Shown: piece by piece, positions 24,298 to 38,376 of the stretch
Layout of the letters: every line of letters begins with the position of its first letter
How positions within the stretch are numbered: position 1 is the stretch's first letter
DNA from: Octopus vulgaris
Taxonomy: Eukaryota
Length of the DNA stretch: 64,000 nt
Direction of reading: 5' to 3'
Assembly (NCBI GenBank): GCA_951406725.2
Contig: OX597819.1
Span: forward strand, 26,536,001 to 26,600,000
Notes under the pieces: generated by a model
What the model saw: the letters and a program-made list of their open reading frames with translations, nothing else
Databases searched by the model: none
What the model was told of the DNA's origin: nothing
Position numbers and translations under genes: made by a program

Positions 24298-27200
24298 ATC
24301 GGTAAGGCTTGATTTCAGAGAGAATATGCAGGTATTTCTATGAGTCCAATTTTCTTGTTCATATTATTACATTACTTGGTCTGCGTGGTTTTAATTGTCA
24401 GTAAGTAGCAATAACATCGGCAACGAACATAGAAACAGTGCCTCATATTTATGGAGAAAACCTTTGATTAAATTGCACCAGTTTCCTACTTAGTATTTTT
24501 CTCCTCCCCATTTGCGTTGGCAGTAATCGAAAGTTTAAAGCCAGCAGCAACTAAATGCCGCTCAGTCGCATTTCTAGCGGCGAAAGTAACGTGTGTGCAT
24601 CAATAACACGATGTATTTTGCTGATGTTTACGCTTTACAACTCTCACCCATATACATTCATGATATGAAGTCACTTTCAAATTAGAAATATATACGCACT
24701 CCATATACATACTTACATCTATATGTAGGTGTGTGAGTGGGTGTATGTGTGCATCGATACACACGAGAAACTTCGCTCAATTACCGTCTGCCAATTTTGT
24801 AAGGTATTAGGGAACTTGACGTTATGGTAAAAGACATGTACGCTACTTTAGTTTCCGTGAAGGGTAATGAAAACTAGGAAGACGTTATTTTGAAGCGAAA
24901 TTCCCAACCACTTCGCCATACATGCTCTCGTAAATAAGTAAAATTATGCACTGGTACTAGACGAAGAGCAAATTAGAATCTTTTTTCTAATATACAGTTC
25001 TTTATTTATTTTATATTTGCTATCATAATTACACCTTTCTCCCGTTTATGAACAGAATAATATGATTAAGCTACATAGTAACAATCATCTCTCTACTACT
25101 GGATCGTTTTTTTTATGCCGTATGTTATCAAATGTTCTGCTCCAGTAGCAGAAGAATGTTATTGTCAATGCTTCGAGCAACCAATTATTTATTAGATGGT
25201 GTCCCACAATGGCTACGTTGTTTAGTCTATATTCAATGCTGATTTGGAATTTACTCTTGGGATTCATATTTCATTGCATCACTACGTGAAATGAAAATGC
25301 TCAGAATTAATCAAACGTCATAATGAGTTATAGAGTAATGAATATATATTTTAATTGCATTACTAGCTCAGTATAATACAGCGAAATAGAAGAATCGGTA
25401 GGGCGCAGGAAAAACGCTTTTCTGCAGCTCTAATTCCACCGCTGTCAAATTTGCCTTTCCTTTCCCGGTATGATAAAGGAAGTGATAGTCAAGGACTTGA
25501 TTGAAGCATTCTACTAATAATCTCCCCTCAATATCACTGGTGTTATGCCTTAATCAAAAACAATTATTTTGTTTTTTAGAACTAATTTAGTACTTTAAAT
25601 GCATCAAACCTGGTAAATTGCATACTTATAAATGTTTTCTGTGTTATCAACATTTTCGTCGCACCCATGCAGCTGGATCAGTGTTAACTTTATATAGCGA
25701 TGAAAATGTTGACAGCTTCACAAACAAATAAATGAAAATTAAATTTACCAGTTTTTATGTCAAAACATTAACTGTTCCGCGACGCAGTTTTTTAGTTTAT
25801 AAAAAGTATTATTGGATCTTATTATTTGCCTGAAAACAAACTTGGAAGAAAACAAAGAAAATATACTACTTGAGCGAAAGCATGATAACGAATGAAATAG
25901 CCATTTTATTAGAAAAAAGAATCATGTATAACAAGACACCAACGAATAATATTTGTAACCATAAAAATAACGTATTGATAATATAAACATGCATTTGATA
26001 TTTTTTTTTTATGATTATACTCAACAAAAGTAGGTATGTATCTCAAGAGTTGGCATAATTATTTAATGAGTACCTTGTAGTGAAATCCTTTATTTAATTC
26101 CTGCAGGATTAAGTAAAAATACAGTGGACAACTTCATGTTGGATGATATCACGTATATTTTGTTTTTGCTTTCTTGCTGTGTATTTAATTCAATCAAAAT
26201 ACAAACGAGAACTATGTAGCTGATATAGAGCGCTTCAGAATGTTTTGTTGTTATCACTGAATACAAACGTAGGTTCACTGTAGATATATGAGCAACTTGC
26301 TTCATAAAGGTGACAACCATATAATAGAGGAAACAAGTAAGTCTAGGTACAGTTGAACTGCATTATAGCAAAAAAAGTTATTCTCTTGGAGTTTCAGTAT
26401 GTTAGAATACGCAGTTATTTTTATATATATATTTAACTTATTTGATCATAAATATAAGAATATACTATTCCATAATAGAAAAATAATAAAATGAGATTAA
26501 ACGAGTTTGCTAATGGATACTGTCGCTGAAAAGAATCAGAATGGTATACATAAAATGTTGTAGATAAAATTGAGTCTGCAAAGTCGTGTTTTCTGAATCA
26601 TAAAATTCCCCTGTGTAAATGACCACAATCCTTCTTAGTGACTATGCAATGCTACGATTTCTATTCAGAATTATTCATAGTTCATAGGAGTTGAGCGAGA
26701 CATATTTCTGTAAATATGACAGATTAATATGGTTTCAGAAAGCTTACAGAAGAATTAAGTAGTGCTATACTGAAGCATAGTCTTCTGCTTTTGGTCTTTT
26801 TCCAAAATAAACAAAGATATAAAATTTAGATTCAAGCATATTACTTAATATTTGGAATAGCGATTAGTAACTCAGGGTTTCAGGTATAATCGTTTAGTAA
26901 CATAGGTTTTACCTATAGTAACTTAGATCGACACCACTAGTATGGTGATGTGATAAATTTCAACCCTGGAAATATTATAATTTGGAAACTAAGACCTTTA
27001 TTAAATTGGTTCAAGAATATCTTTATGGTTCAGTTCGCAAACACGTGTTTCTGGTCTCAATCCCACCTCTTGATTACATTTATTCTATAGTGTCAGTTTG
27101 TCCCTCATCACCACCAACGAGCTTTTGAGTGCAATTGAGTAGACGGAAATTGTATGGAAGCGCATCACACATGTGCACGTGTCAGTAGCAATGGATATCA

Positions 27201-29295
27201 GCAATGTAGCAAACATTGGCGAGAATACGGTAACCGGTACTTTTTGAGCGAAACCCATTTTGTTAATTGCCTTTTTCTAAGGTACAGACATATAAACTAA
27301 TAGAGACCTATAGCCGATGAAGTTATTATTCCCCAAACACAATACTTATTCATTTGCTATAAATGAACATTACACTTCACCTTAATAACCTCTTAAGTAG
27401 TATAGCAAAAGCTAAAAATAGATTATTTCTAGAAATATATCATTGTTATATCGTTATTTCTTTAATTCGGTACACTGTTTATAACAAATAAACATATAGA
27501 TTTCAAAATGCAAAATTTTATTTAAAAATAATATTGTATTGTTGAAATTCTAAAGACTCGGTGGTGGCAATGGGAAACTAAACCAGTCAAATACTTGTTT
27601 CACTTTATTAAATTTGAAACACTAAGATATATCTGTGAATACAGAGAGATGCAATACCTTATGATAATATATTATTTGTGTTCTTAATTCATAACGTGTA
27701 GCAACACCTGAATTACATCATATCGACACATACCGCCATTTATAATTTATGCAAAACATACCATAACTGTTAGAATTAATTAGTTGATATAGTATTAGTT
27801 AAGTATTAGTTGTAAGAACGTGTATGACTGCAGCTTTGCATTTCCTACGCAAAACGTAAAATTATGCGTGTAACTAGAGGAAGATACATTGACTAACTAT
27901 CAGCACATGTAGAGAGAAAACTATTAATTCTGATTACTTTTATATAGATGATTACTTTTAATCATCTATATAAGCTGATATAGATGATTAAAACTAAAAC
28001 CTCTTTAATTTCATGCTGTAAGTATGTGTTTAAAATGTGCTAAAACGTTTATGTGCAAATAATTATGAATATTTTTTTTAAATCAATCAAATAGTTTCGA
28101 ACTCTAGAAACTTTGTTTTTCATCCTTTCGACGATTTACTGGCAAAACGCATTTCTGAATATGAACACAGTATTAATACTTTGTACTATGATATCACTAT
28201 ATAGAGCGCAGAATTTTTATCACTTTCTTTGGTTGGTTATGATATGAAAAGCGTTCCGAAGTACACCGCCAGTCAGCAATTACTACAAACTTCCTTTATC
28301 ATTTCAATAAATTATCTGTTCCTTACATAATTACACTATTTTATTCGCCAATTCGTCGATGTCTTATCAACTCCCTAATTTCACATTTTTTTGCCTGTTT
28401 CTTTTCCCCTTAACTCTTTTGTTTTGATCTTTGTAGATTGCTTATATCACCTTAATTTGGGAAAACTTGTCACATTTTCAGATTTCTGCGACAGCTTAGT
28501 TTGTTAATTCTAACACCGTTTACTGCCCCGATTATTCGTTTTACTTTCTGATTTGTTCTTGTTATTCTCTGGAAATAATTTTATTGAAAAAACATATTCT
28601 AAAAAACATTGGAAGCTTTAAGGTATAATCGTTGGTTGATTTAAAATGCGATGCATGTCTTTAATGTATTACTTAAATTACTTTCGATACCAGAATAATG
28701 ATATTAATAATTTAACTAAACTGGAAACCAAATGCGTCGAGATATTATATTTCGCCATTCCTTCCTCTGAATCCAAATAGTGTTGAGACAACTTTTGTGT
28801 ATTATCCTTCACCGTTGACAAAAGTTTTCCAGTAATATTCTGGTGATTGGATGGAAGATAATTGATATTTTGTCCACATACTTAGTTTGATCGGGCCTAT
28901 GACGAAGGGCGGTGCATTTCATGATACGAAAGCACTCGTTAGTCTTTTTGTGTATCTAGGACTACACTGGCCAATGCACCAATCATTCATTTTTGGATGA
29001 TACAATATGACGTTCAGTGACTTGGCTGCTATATCTAGTAGATAGGTAGCGAATTAATTTGTTCCATTTGGCGGTTGCTTTCGGTAAGCAGATATGATTC
29101 AATATACAGTTCAATGTTTCTGGTCCATCTGCATTGCACTATCTACGTACTCAATCTGAAAATTATATGGATAGAAACGATTTCTCGAAAATAATGAAAC
29201 ATGATAGTTAGATGCAGACTTCCGACGTTTGTAATTTTGATGATCTTGTTAACTTTTATACTAAAGATTACAGGAAGACAAATATATTCGGTGTG

Positions 29296-29346
<51 letters not shown>

Positions 29347-29356
29347 GATATATATA

Positions 29357-29426
29357 AATGGCGGTGCCCCAGCATGGCCGCAGCTCATTAGCTGAAACTG
29401 GAAAAATCAAAATCAAAATCAAAATC
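29357..29426 (+). mobile_element. Extremely 5'-truncated CR1-group LINE or SINE tail
   Basis: GGCGGTGCCCCAGCATGGCCG-CAGCT CATT AGCTG-AAAC followed by (AAAATC)n, lying within (TA)n. Confidence 0.75.
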
Positions 29427-31827
29427 ATATATATATATATACAAAGTAGATTCTGGTGATATGTATATATACAGAAGAAAACTGTCTGAAGATAATCGAG
29501 AAAGATAAGTGATATATGGCGAACTGACTAGAAATTTAAAATTCAATGGCAACAAAATTATTGCATAATTTTTTCCTCGAAAACCAAGACAAGAGAGGGA
29601 CTGGAATTCTCTAATGAAACTATTTCAGTTAATTTACAATTCTAACGTCTTCTGGAAAAGTAGGAATAGTTAGGAATTGTCTAATTCCAATTCACCTTTC
29701 ATTAACAGTAAAGGTCTGTGATAATGAATTATCTTTATTACGGTTGGCTAATTTGCGAGCAATGTGAACAGCATTGGGCTACAGTTTACCGTCTAAAATA
29801 AATAGAAATTTAGGGCGATGTATTCTTCAAATCAATGTATCAAATATATCAAATTGTTGCATTATCGAGATTATTCATCTTTTAATACGTTTACAAATAT
29901 GTTTTATTAACATTCTTGGTTAAATAAAATTCGGTCAGAATCTGATTTATGGATACTCTTTTAGAAGATAGTTAGTTAATTCAAAAATATATAAATTACA
30001 GAGGATTTACTATCAAACCTTAAATGTATTGAAGTATGGTAACTGCAACTTGATTCCGCAACCGGTTTCTTTTTATTCTTGGTTTCGGTGGTGTAACATT
30101 TATTTAAGAAATTAGTACTTAAGAAAACTCTGAACACAATAACTTTAATACAAGCTTTCTGTATTGCAATTATAGAGTACAGAAGTAAAGTTGTAAAGCA
30201 ATAAAAAAAATGTGTGATTCAAAACCACTGTGGAAATGTTACTTCTCAGATAGCTACTTTAACATCACGTGCACTATAATGTCCTTATAGAATTATAGTC
30301 CGTTGCATACAATCTAGTCAGGTTTTCAATGTAAGGGTAACTACTTCTCTTCCAGTTATCATGCGAAGAATGAGTGGTTACTGCATTCTCCATTATGATT
30401 AAGATTTGTATTAATTCATAGCTCCACATTTCTTCTAGCTTAACTATATATTTAAATGCATTGGGTCTATTAAATGTGAAAAAATAAACCAATATTAAAT
30501 CGTGCAAGGTAAACGAAACGAATATTCTCGACAAACTCATTGTCCGCCAAATCGTTATCTACAGATAATATCATTTCCTTTGCCTTACACTGTTATGTCA
30601 AAATTTCCAACATACTGTTGCTTCATTTATTAAATGCGGTTAAGTTGTGTATGGTGAATCAGAAAGCAGTTATTTCAAAAATTATGGTAGCTATTATTTA
30701 TAAAGAAATGTTAATTAGTTTCATTCACATGTTAATCAGTTGTGTATAGTCTTATTTACTTTTTGCTGCGCGTTATAATTAATCATTATATTATTATGTG
30801 GTAATTGACTAATCCAATTCTCTTGCATCTGTAGAATTAGTCATAATTCTTAAATTAAATTTTCAATCTATTCAAAACGTAAGCTTTCATATACATTGTA
30901 TTGTCTCTGTATTCATTACAACTGATTCACCAAAAGTATAATCAGATTCATAAACTATTATTTAATTTTGTTTTCTAATGCTTAGCATTAAACAGATCTT
31001 CGATTTCCATAGTTACTTTACTCAGGAAAGGGTTATTTTAAATGTGTATTAATATCTTTGTAGCGTGAAATTAAATGACAAGGAATGTTGTCATTTGTCT
31101 TCGTATAAAAGACCTTTTTTGTTTTTGACATTTAATTTAAAATTCTATAAACATAATCACATTTAAATTTCAATGTGGAATTTGTATTTTTGCTGCCAAT
31201 ATTCTTCAAAGAAAATTCTTTCTTTATTTATTTATAGAATGCGTAAATTCATTTAGTGGGCGGCGAATGTACAAGAAGTGATTTTGATGTTTTCCATCGG
31301 ATTACTAGCGTAAGAAAACTAAACTTCAATGAGTTATACTGTTTTGAGTTCAAATTCTCCAGAGAGAGCATATGCATTATATACTTCAATTTATGTCGAA
31401 GGTACAAAACAGAGACTCACTTAAATACTGCTATTCATAATAAACTACAATAATCTCCAATAAATGTGGTCGTGTTTAAAAATTTAAAGCGGTTATTCTT
31501 ATTTTTTGCCAGTAGCCTCATTCGAATATTTCACTACACCACGCGGCGTACTGCAAAATAATGTTCCGAAAGTAATGTTATCGCTATGTAGAAATGTTTA
31601 GTGTTCGTAAATCATTAAGTGTATGTCATAAAGTCCATTCATTTTAGATGGGAGAGGGTTTAACATTATTAGAGGTTCATTCTGATGATTAGGTATAGGT
31701 TATAACTAATGCCAGATAACTGAAGGTGTATTTCAGATGGGAACTGCTTTCATTTAAACTGCTTTTAAATATATATATACGCGTGTGTGAGTGTGTGAGT
31801 GTGTGTATGTGTGTGTGTGTGTGTTGT

Positions 31828-32199
31828 AAATAAAATAACTACGCCAAGGCAAGTTGATATTCCTAGAAATTAGAAATGTGGTCTTACAGCTGTTTCAGGG
31901 AAATAAATGATGTCTCAGTTCAAAAGAGCTTGAAGCTCTTTTAACTCGTCTCTGATGATATGATATCATTTATTTCCCTGGAAAAGCTGTAAAACAACCT
32001 TTCTACTTATAAATGTGCTTGGAATATCAAATTGCCTTGGCCTCGTTATCTTATTATATTTAACAAATACACGCTCACACAGGTCCTACGCTAGACTCCT
32101 CACTCATGCTATTATTGAACCGAGAACTTAACAGCTATCCTTCCGTAGCGCTTACATAGCCTTACTTGCCTTTTGGGTCTCCTTGATACAAAACATCTT

Positions 32200-32200
<1 letters not shown>
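31828..32200 (+). mobile_element. Penelope-like terminal fragment with a diverged inverted duplication and a hammerhead motif (31948-31995)
   Basis: Plus strand: GTCT-CTGATGA-...TTCCCTG-GAAA-AGCTG-TA-AAAC. The opposite arm preserves CCCTGAAACAGCTGTAAGAC. The hairpin centre is AAAAGAGCTT-G-AAGCTCTTTT (31922-31942). Confidence 0.7.
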
Positions 32201-32246
<46 letters not shown>

Positions 32247-34528
32247 AACTTAGGTGCCCTAAAAATGCAGATATTTTCACTCCAGTTATTTTCTTTTATC
32301 ATACACCGTGGATCCTCCTTTACTTGCCTTGCTTTTATTCTCCTTCCCCCGTTTTCCCTATTTCTTTAGACATTAGCAGATTTTCTTTGTGTTTTTGAGT
32401 GATAATTTGGTCGGAATACATCAAGATTTCTATCGAACAGAAAATATATTTCCTTTGATTATTACATCTAAGAGTTCGCTTTGATCATCGTCTTCATCTT
32501 CAAAGACATCAGCTATAATAACCAAGGTGTTCTTATATATAAGATTTGGTAAGTATTTATGTTATTTACTTTCACGTTTTGATGTGGGAGTGCCTAAATA
32601 TTGTTCAGTGGATATCGCTACAAACTCGTGTTTGTGCCTCAGGAAATGTTGAGTCTTTGCAAGATCTAGGTAGCTGCAAATGAGGTAATCGATTATTTCT
32701 TATGCTATATTTAATATAACTATTATTGATTTAGAACACTTTCCTCAAATCATGCGTATTTTGATATCAATGATGTGTTCATGTAGAGTTCTGAATAGAT
32801 TCTCCGATGGGTATTGCGTCTTGTATATATATATATATGGTAATGATCCATAAAAAGGAGTGGTTTATAACCTTCAAATTATTTGTAACGAATGTTAGTT
32901 TGCTTTAAGAGACTTGTTAGTGTAAGGCAGCACGAAATTTTGGCTGAAAAACCTTTATTCTTCAAGCAAGTGTCTATTCTTAATTTTTCTCAGTCATTTT
33001 AATTCTCTTAATGTTTTCCGTTTTGACAGCATATGTTGCTTTCGTATAGAAGATCCATTGTTGCTGTCAAAAGTCTTTCAGTGATATAATCCTCGGTTGC
33101 TCTTTATATACATTTATAACACTCTCTCAAGTCTTCTACCAAAATATCTCTGCAATAATAAGTAATCAGTCTATGGTTCGGTGTATATATAAATGCTTTA
33201 TGTATATTGTTCAGAGACGTTTGGGATCTGGGAAGTATTATTATTTGGTCTTCTAGAAATATTTCTCAAGTTGATAATGTTCTCTCTTGTAATTCATTGG
33301 ATCATGGGTTTTATATGGCAGCTGTAAATAAATAGATAGTGGTTAAGCTCCGTGACAAGAAGTTGAAGACAACATGAATTTCAGGAGCTAACAATCTCTG
33401 GTTTGAAAATTATCAGGTCTTACAACTAAAAAATATTGGTGATTTTCTTAATCTTTATTCTTTCTCCTTTCCATTCTCATGTATTACCGTTGTGCTCTAT
33501 ACTTCAGTTTCTCAACGATGTTCTCTCAATAAAACTGTATTTGCGTCCAGTGGTGTTTCCAGTGGAGAATATATTTCTAATTGTGTTTAACTGGAAAATT
33601 TTACTTTAACGACGTATTTAAGATTGTACAATCACACATATTATCGAAAATGTTTTTTTTAATGTTTATTTATTTATTTATTGCAATAAGTTTTTCGCAT
33701 TTATATAATCATACTTTTCTTCGTATTTACTGCGTTATATTTACTTTTACAGTGTTAAACCGCTTGGTTTCGTTTACGAGGATAAGGAACATATTTTTGA
33801 AATTTGTCAATGGATTTTATATAGGGATATTTCTTACGACTGTATTTTAATAGGTGTTGGTGAGAGGGGAAAATGCACATTTTCAATCAGTCTTAATTTC
33901 CACGATGCTGTCATGACAACTCAATAACATGCCTTAATAGGGATGATCCATGTTCGACTTTGCTTCGCTGGAAGAAATTTTCGTGAAGTGCCGTGGTGCA
34001 TTCCATTATTATATACTAGAGATTTATATATTATATTCACAGTTCGTAAATATGGTTCCATTGATATTCGTTAATTAGTTTTGCTGCATGTACTTCCTTA
34101 TGTTTATTGCTTTTGATAAAATATAATTTTGTGGCTTGTGTATTCGGTTGTTATAAGTGATATATATTATTTCGCATATTATTTAAAACATTCGACATTA
34201 TATTTTTACTTCCGTTGTTTTGCTGGTATTTTTGCTGGAGGACATAGTTTCAATGTGTTCTTAGATTTCAGAATGTTCTGGGTGTTTAGTATGCGTCTTC
34301 ATAAAGAAGACCCATGATTTAAACCTTCCACTCACGGAGGTGTTACCGGGACTACATTACACAATTGTCATTCTTTGCTTAAACTACTAAAACGAGGTTG
34401 TTGCCTTTCTTTAGCTACGATATGAGTGTTATTTCTTGCACACGAGACCATAAAAATTTCCTCATCGTGTGCTCAGATGTTATGAGTCCGATAGTTTCTG
34501 CAGTACAGTAACACAATAATTGAAATTC

Positions 34529-34563
<35 letters not shown>

Positions 34564-34565
<2 letters not shown>

Positions 34566-34961
34566 TCTTTTACTTGTTTCAGTCATTTGACTGCGGCCAT
34601 GCTGGAGCACCGCCTTTAGTCGAGCAAATCGACCCCGGGACTTATTCGTTGTAAGCCTAGTACTTATTCTATCGGTCTCTTTTGCCGAACCGCTAAGTGA
34701 CGGGGACGTAAACACACCAGCATCGGTTGTCAAGCAATGCTAGGGGGACAAACACGGACATACAAACACACATACACACGCACATATATATATATATACG
34801 ACAGTCTTCTTTCAGTTTCCGTCTACCAAATCCATTCACAAGGCATTGGTCGGCCCGGGGCTATAGCAGAAGGCACTTGCCCAAGATGCCACGCAGTGGG
34901 ACTGAACCCGGAACCATGTGGTTGGTTAGCAAGCTACTTACCACACAGCCACTCCTGCGCC
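34564..34961 (-). mobile_element. SINE family A (full length)
   Basis: Highly similar reverse complement of 20213-20630. Confidence 0.92.
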
Positions 34962-35483
34962 CATATATATATAAATTGTGGTAGATTTATGGAAATAAGT
35001 CCCATAAAACCCATCATTTTAGTTTAAAATGGAGGAGACAAGTTGTTGAAGTATATAAGAGAATTTTAATTCATGAAGATGATCGTTTTGTACAGAAATA
35101 TGAAAATAATGCAAATTCATGATTGAATTGAATTACATTAAATTAATGAAATTAACTTAATTACATACATCCTTCAGTGCAGGAAGTAAAGACAGAATTT
35201 CAATTAACTTGAGAAATATTATAGCAGGATTGGATCTAAGAGATGCATATTTTTACCCTTATGAGGAAGAGATGTGAGTCAAGTTGGATATTAACTATAA
35301 CTCAGTTATAGTTAATAAAATTGATGAATTTTATGGGACTTAAATATTACTTCCATATCTTCGCAAATTTACGCCCGTAAACTACCAGCAAAATATGAAG
35401 AATCAAGATTAGAAATCTTTTTTGGAAACCTCGAACTTAAAGGACGAATCTACTTTCAACCTTTTTACTCCTATATATATATA

Positions 35484-35733
35484 TCACTTGATCACTTGAC
35501 TTTGACCGACCAGTCCGTCAGGCGTTCATTTGACACCGCTGGTCACAGCACGCTGTCCACTCCTCTCTGGATCGCGCCTTTCTCATCCACGTGATTCCAA
35601 TCGTCCTCTTGAAATCGTCACTCCACTGTCGTGGAGGTCTTCCGGGTGGTCTTTGCCGCTCACGCGGGTACCACTCGACATCTGCGTGCGTCCACCGATT
35701 ATCGGTGAGCCGGGCGACGTGTCCAGCCCATCT
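35484..35733 (-). mobile_element. RTE-clade LINE 3' end (5'-truncated)
   Basis: RWAGHVARLTDNRWT..VEWYPRERQRPPGRPPRQWSDD is the typical RTE ORF C-terminus. Short 3' UTR with a TCAAGTGA repeat tail; TA on both flanks. Confidence 0.9.
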
Positions 35734-37105
35734 ATATATATTCAACAATTTCTTTATTTAATTCCTGTAAATTTACTGTATTTCTTTTAATGAGTCATTT
35801 GGTGACTGAGCTATTTTGATGATAAAAGCAAAGTCAGTATTTATGCTTTATGCGCTCGTTTGACAAGAAGCAACGGTGATATATTCCATCCATCTGGTGT
35901 TTGTTATTACCTTAATTTGTTGCTTAAATATATCTCCCACTCCATGTATTCACACGTTTTGTTCGATAATTTTATCACGTTATTCAATAAACGAAGTATT
36001 GATAGTTGAAATTTGTTGAAAAAAATGTTTCACGCAAAAGAAGTGTAAATTTGATAAGTTATCGTTTACTGTTAATTGGACTGATCATAACTGTATCTTG
36101 ATAATTACCTTCAATGCAAACAGTGGCAAACTATCGACAAGAGAGAATATTTGGGCTTTATTTCTTTGGTACATATTGAATTTTTCAGCAGAGATTTATT
36201 ATAGAAGTCAAGATTCAACAAATGTAACACTTCCTTCAATATGTCATATATATACACACACTCACACACACCCTCACACACACACACATATCGTTTCACG
36301 CCACCGTGTTCATCGATTCTGAAGACAAACACTCAGTTTCAATTTTAATTAAAAAAGCACTATATCCTCTATACCAATTGAACACTACGCATTCGTCCAA
36401 ATTATATATATGTTTGGGGGTGTTTGTGTGTGGTGGGTGTCTCTGTGTGTGTGTGTATGTGTGTATGTGTGTGTGCATTTTAAGGAACAAAGAGATGACA
36501 CCGAAAAAAGAAAGCTTATGTAATGAATTTTATTACTTTACAGCTGTTTCTGGTATATATTGTGATAGACTCTTAGCTGAGAAATTTAAGTATAGGTGTA
36601 TTCCCATTTCTCCACCTCTCCACATTTCATCATTCCATCTTTGAAGTACTTTTCATTAAGAACTGAAACGTAATATTTTCTCTACCCTGATGACGGAGTC
36701 CCGTCTCATACAATGTTGATTGTATCCATCACGTACACGTGTTGAAATGAATTACATCTACTAGCATTATTATGGATCTCAGGTCCCGCAGAAAGAGAAG
36801 AGCTGTTAGACTTATAATACCTTTCTTTCAACTCTTTTAATTTTCATTGTCGTTTGTACTCTGTGCAAGTTGGAGCTATTGATATAAATATCTATATATT
36901 TATACATATAAATTCCTCATCTGAATGTGTCCACCTTTTGCTTTCTCACAAGTTGCGAGATTGTGCCTAATTTGTTTATTTGGATAACTGCTTCTATATC
37001 CCCTCACCGTGATCTCTCTACGGCAGTTCTCTACGGAATCGATTGGAATCTAAATTTAAATATTTTGAGCACTATTTTCTTCTTTACTGCGAATCTTTGG
37101 ATCTC

Positions 37106-37143
37106 ATCTGTGGACTATACATTACAAACATACATACACACAC

Positions 37144-37204
<61 letters not shown>

Positions 37205-37284
37205 TATATATTTATATATATATATATATATATAATGTATGTATGTGTGTGTGTATGTATGTTTGTAATGTATAGTCCACAGAT
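37106..37284. repeat. Inverted duplication centred on a (TA)n tract
   Basis: ATCTGTGGACTATACATTACAAACATACATACACACACACATACATACA and its exact reverse complement lie on either side of the TA run. Confidence 0.92.
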
Positions 37285-37565
37285 AAAGTGCAACAACCCT
37301 GAAACATGTCTGCAGATGTCTGACTAGCAAGGTGAAGCGGCTGATCTCCCCTGTTCGAAGGTTGTAATGGACGCAGGTTCGTGTGTCATAGAGCTAGCTA
37401 GAGGCGGTGGCCTCTTGGAGCTTTTCAGCGACAGCTTTAGTCTTATATTTATAGACTGCCATATTAGTATGGCGATAACTATTAATATATATAATATGTA
37501 TGTATGTATATCTATGTATATATATATATATATATATAGTGTATGTGTATGTATGTGTTTGTCAA

Positions 37566-38376
37566 GGGGTATGCTCAGTGATTAGAGCTTAGGGCTCACA
37601 ATCATGAGGTGATGGGTTCGATTCCCGGACCAGTTTGTTTGTTGTATTCTTGAGCAACACACTCTATTTCACGTTACTCTATTTCGCTAAGCTGTTGGAA
37701 TGCGGTGCAACTTCACTGGTGCCCGGCGAAATCGGCCTTTGTCCTTCCTTCGGATAATATCAGTGACGTGAAGAGGAGCATCTGGCATACATGAGCGACT
37801 GCTGGTCTACCATAAAAAACCTTTCGCAGACGCGAATTTTTTTTTCAAGAGAGTTCCAGACCCCAGTAATGAACTCATTTGCACACAGCGGATCAGAAAT
37901 CGCCTTGAAAATCCACATACTCTGTACAGCTACAGTACAGCCAGTCAGCCATAGAATGGGGTATGTCAGCGTGTGAGTACAGCATAGTAGGTCTCACATA
38001 AACAGCACATTCCCCCCTTCCACCATGCTTATAGATCAATTTAGCACCTTCTCTATATAGAGCTAAAATTAGGTACCTATGCTCAGACAGATTAGCGATA
38101 CTGCATTTACCTATTGATATATGCAAGGAGGGCGCAATACGACACAATGCCATATTGATTCCGATGTTTCCAGATCAATGGGTACATGGAGAGTATTTTT
38201 GTGACTAAGTGGACACTAGTTTAATAGTTGAGCTCTGATTGGCTGTTTACAAATAAGTTCATAACTGAGGTCCTGAACTCTCGTAGGAAAAAAAAAATTT
38301 CACTGCCCGGACTTGTCCCTCGAAGGGTAAATTTTTAGGCACAATCACACGGTCATTCATGATCGAAGGGAGTTTA
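37566..38376 (+). mobile_element. SINE (head 2 + tail Z) split by a MITE
   Basis: 37566-37826 and 38306-38376 join to match the 60231-60529 family across AACCTT|GCCCGGACTT. Confidence 0.8.
37827..38305. mobile_element. MITE with diverged ~65-bp TIRs
   Basis: Left end AA(T)nCAAGAGAGTTCCAGACCCCAGTAATGAACTCATTTG matches the reverse complement of the right end, AA(T)nCCTACGAGAGTTCAGGACCTCAGTTATGAACTTATTTG. Confidence 0.75.

Noticed and set aside
26107-26336. Candidate plus-strand exon (CCTGCAG acceptor, GTAAGT donor)
   Set aside because: All three frames contain stops. It could be a UTR exon, but that needs RNA-seq.
32300-34300. Possible highly decayed Penelope ORF on the minus strand (NFSNQRLLAPEI..LSRSL-like stretch)
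   Set aside because: Too degraded to call by eye; it needs tBLASTn.
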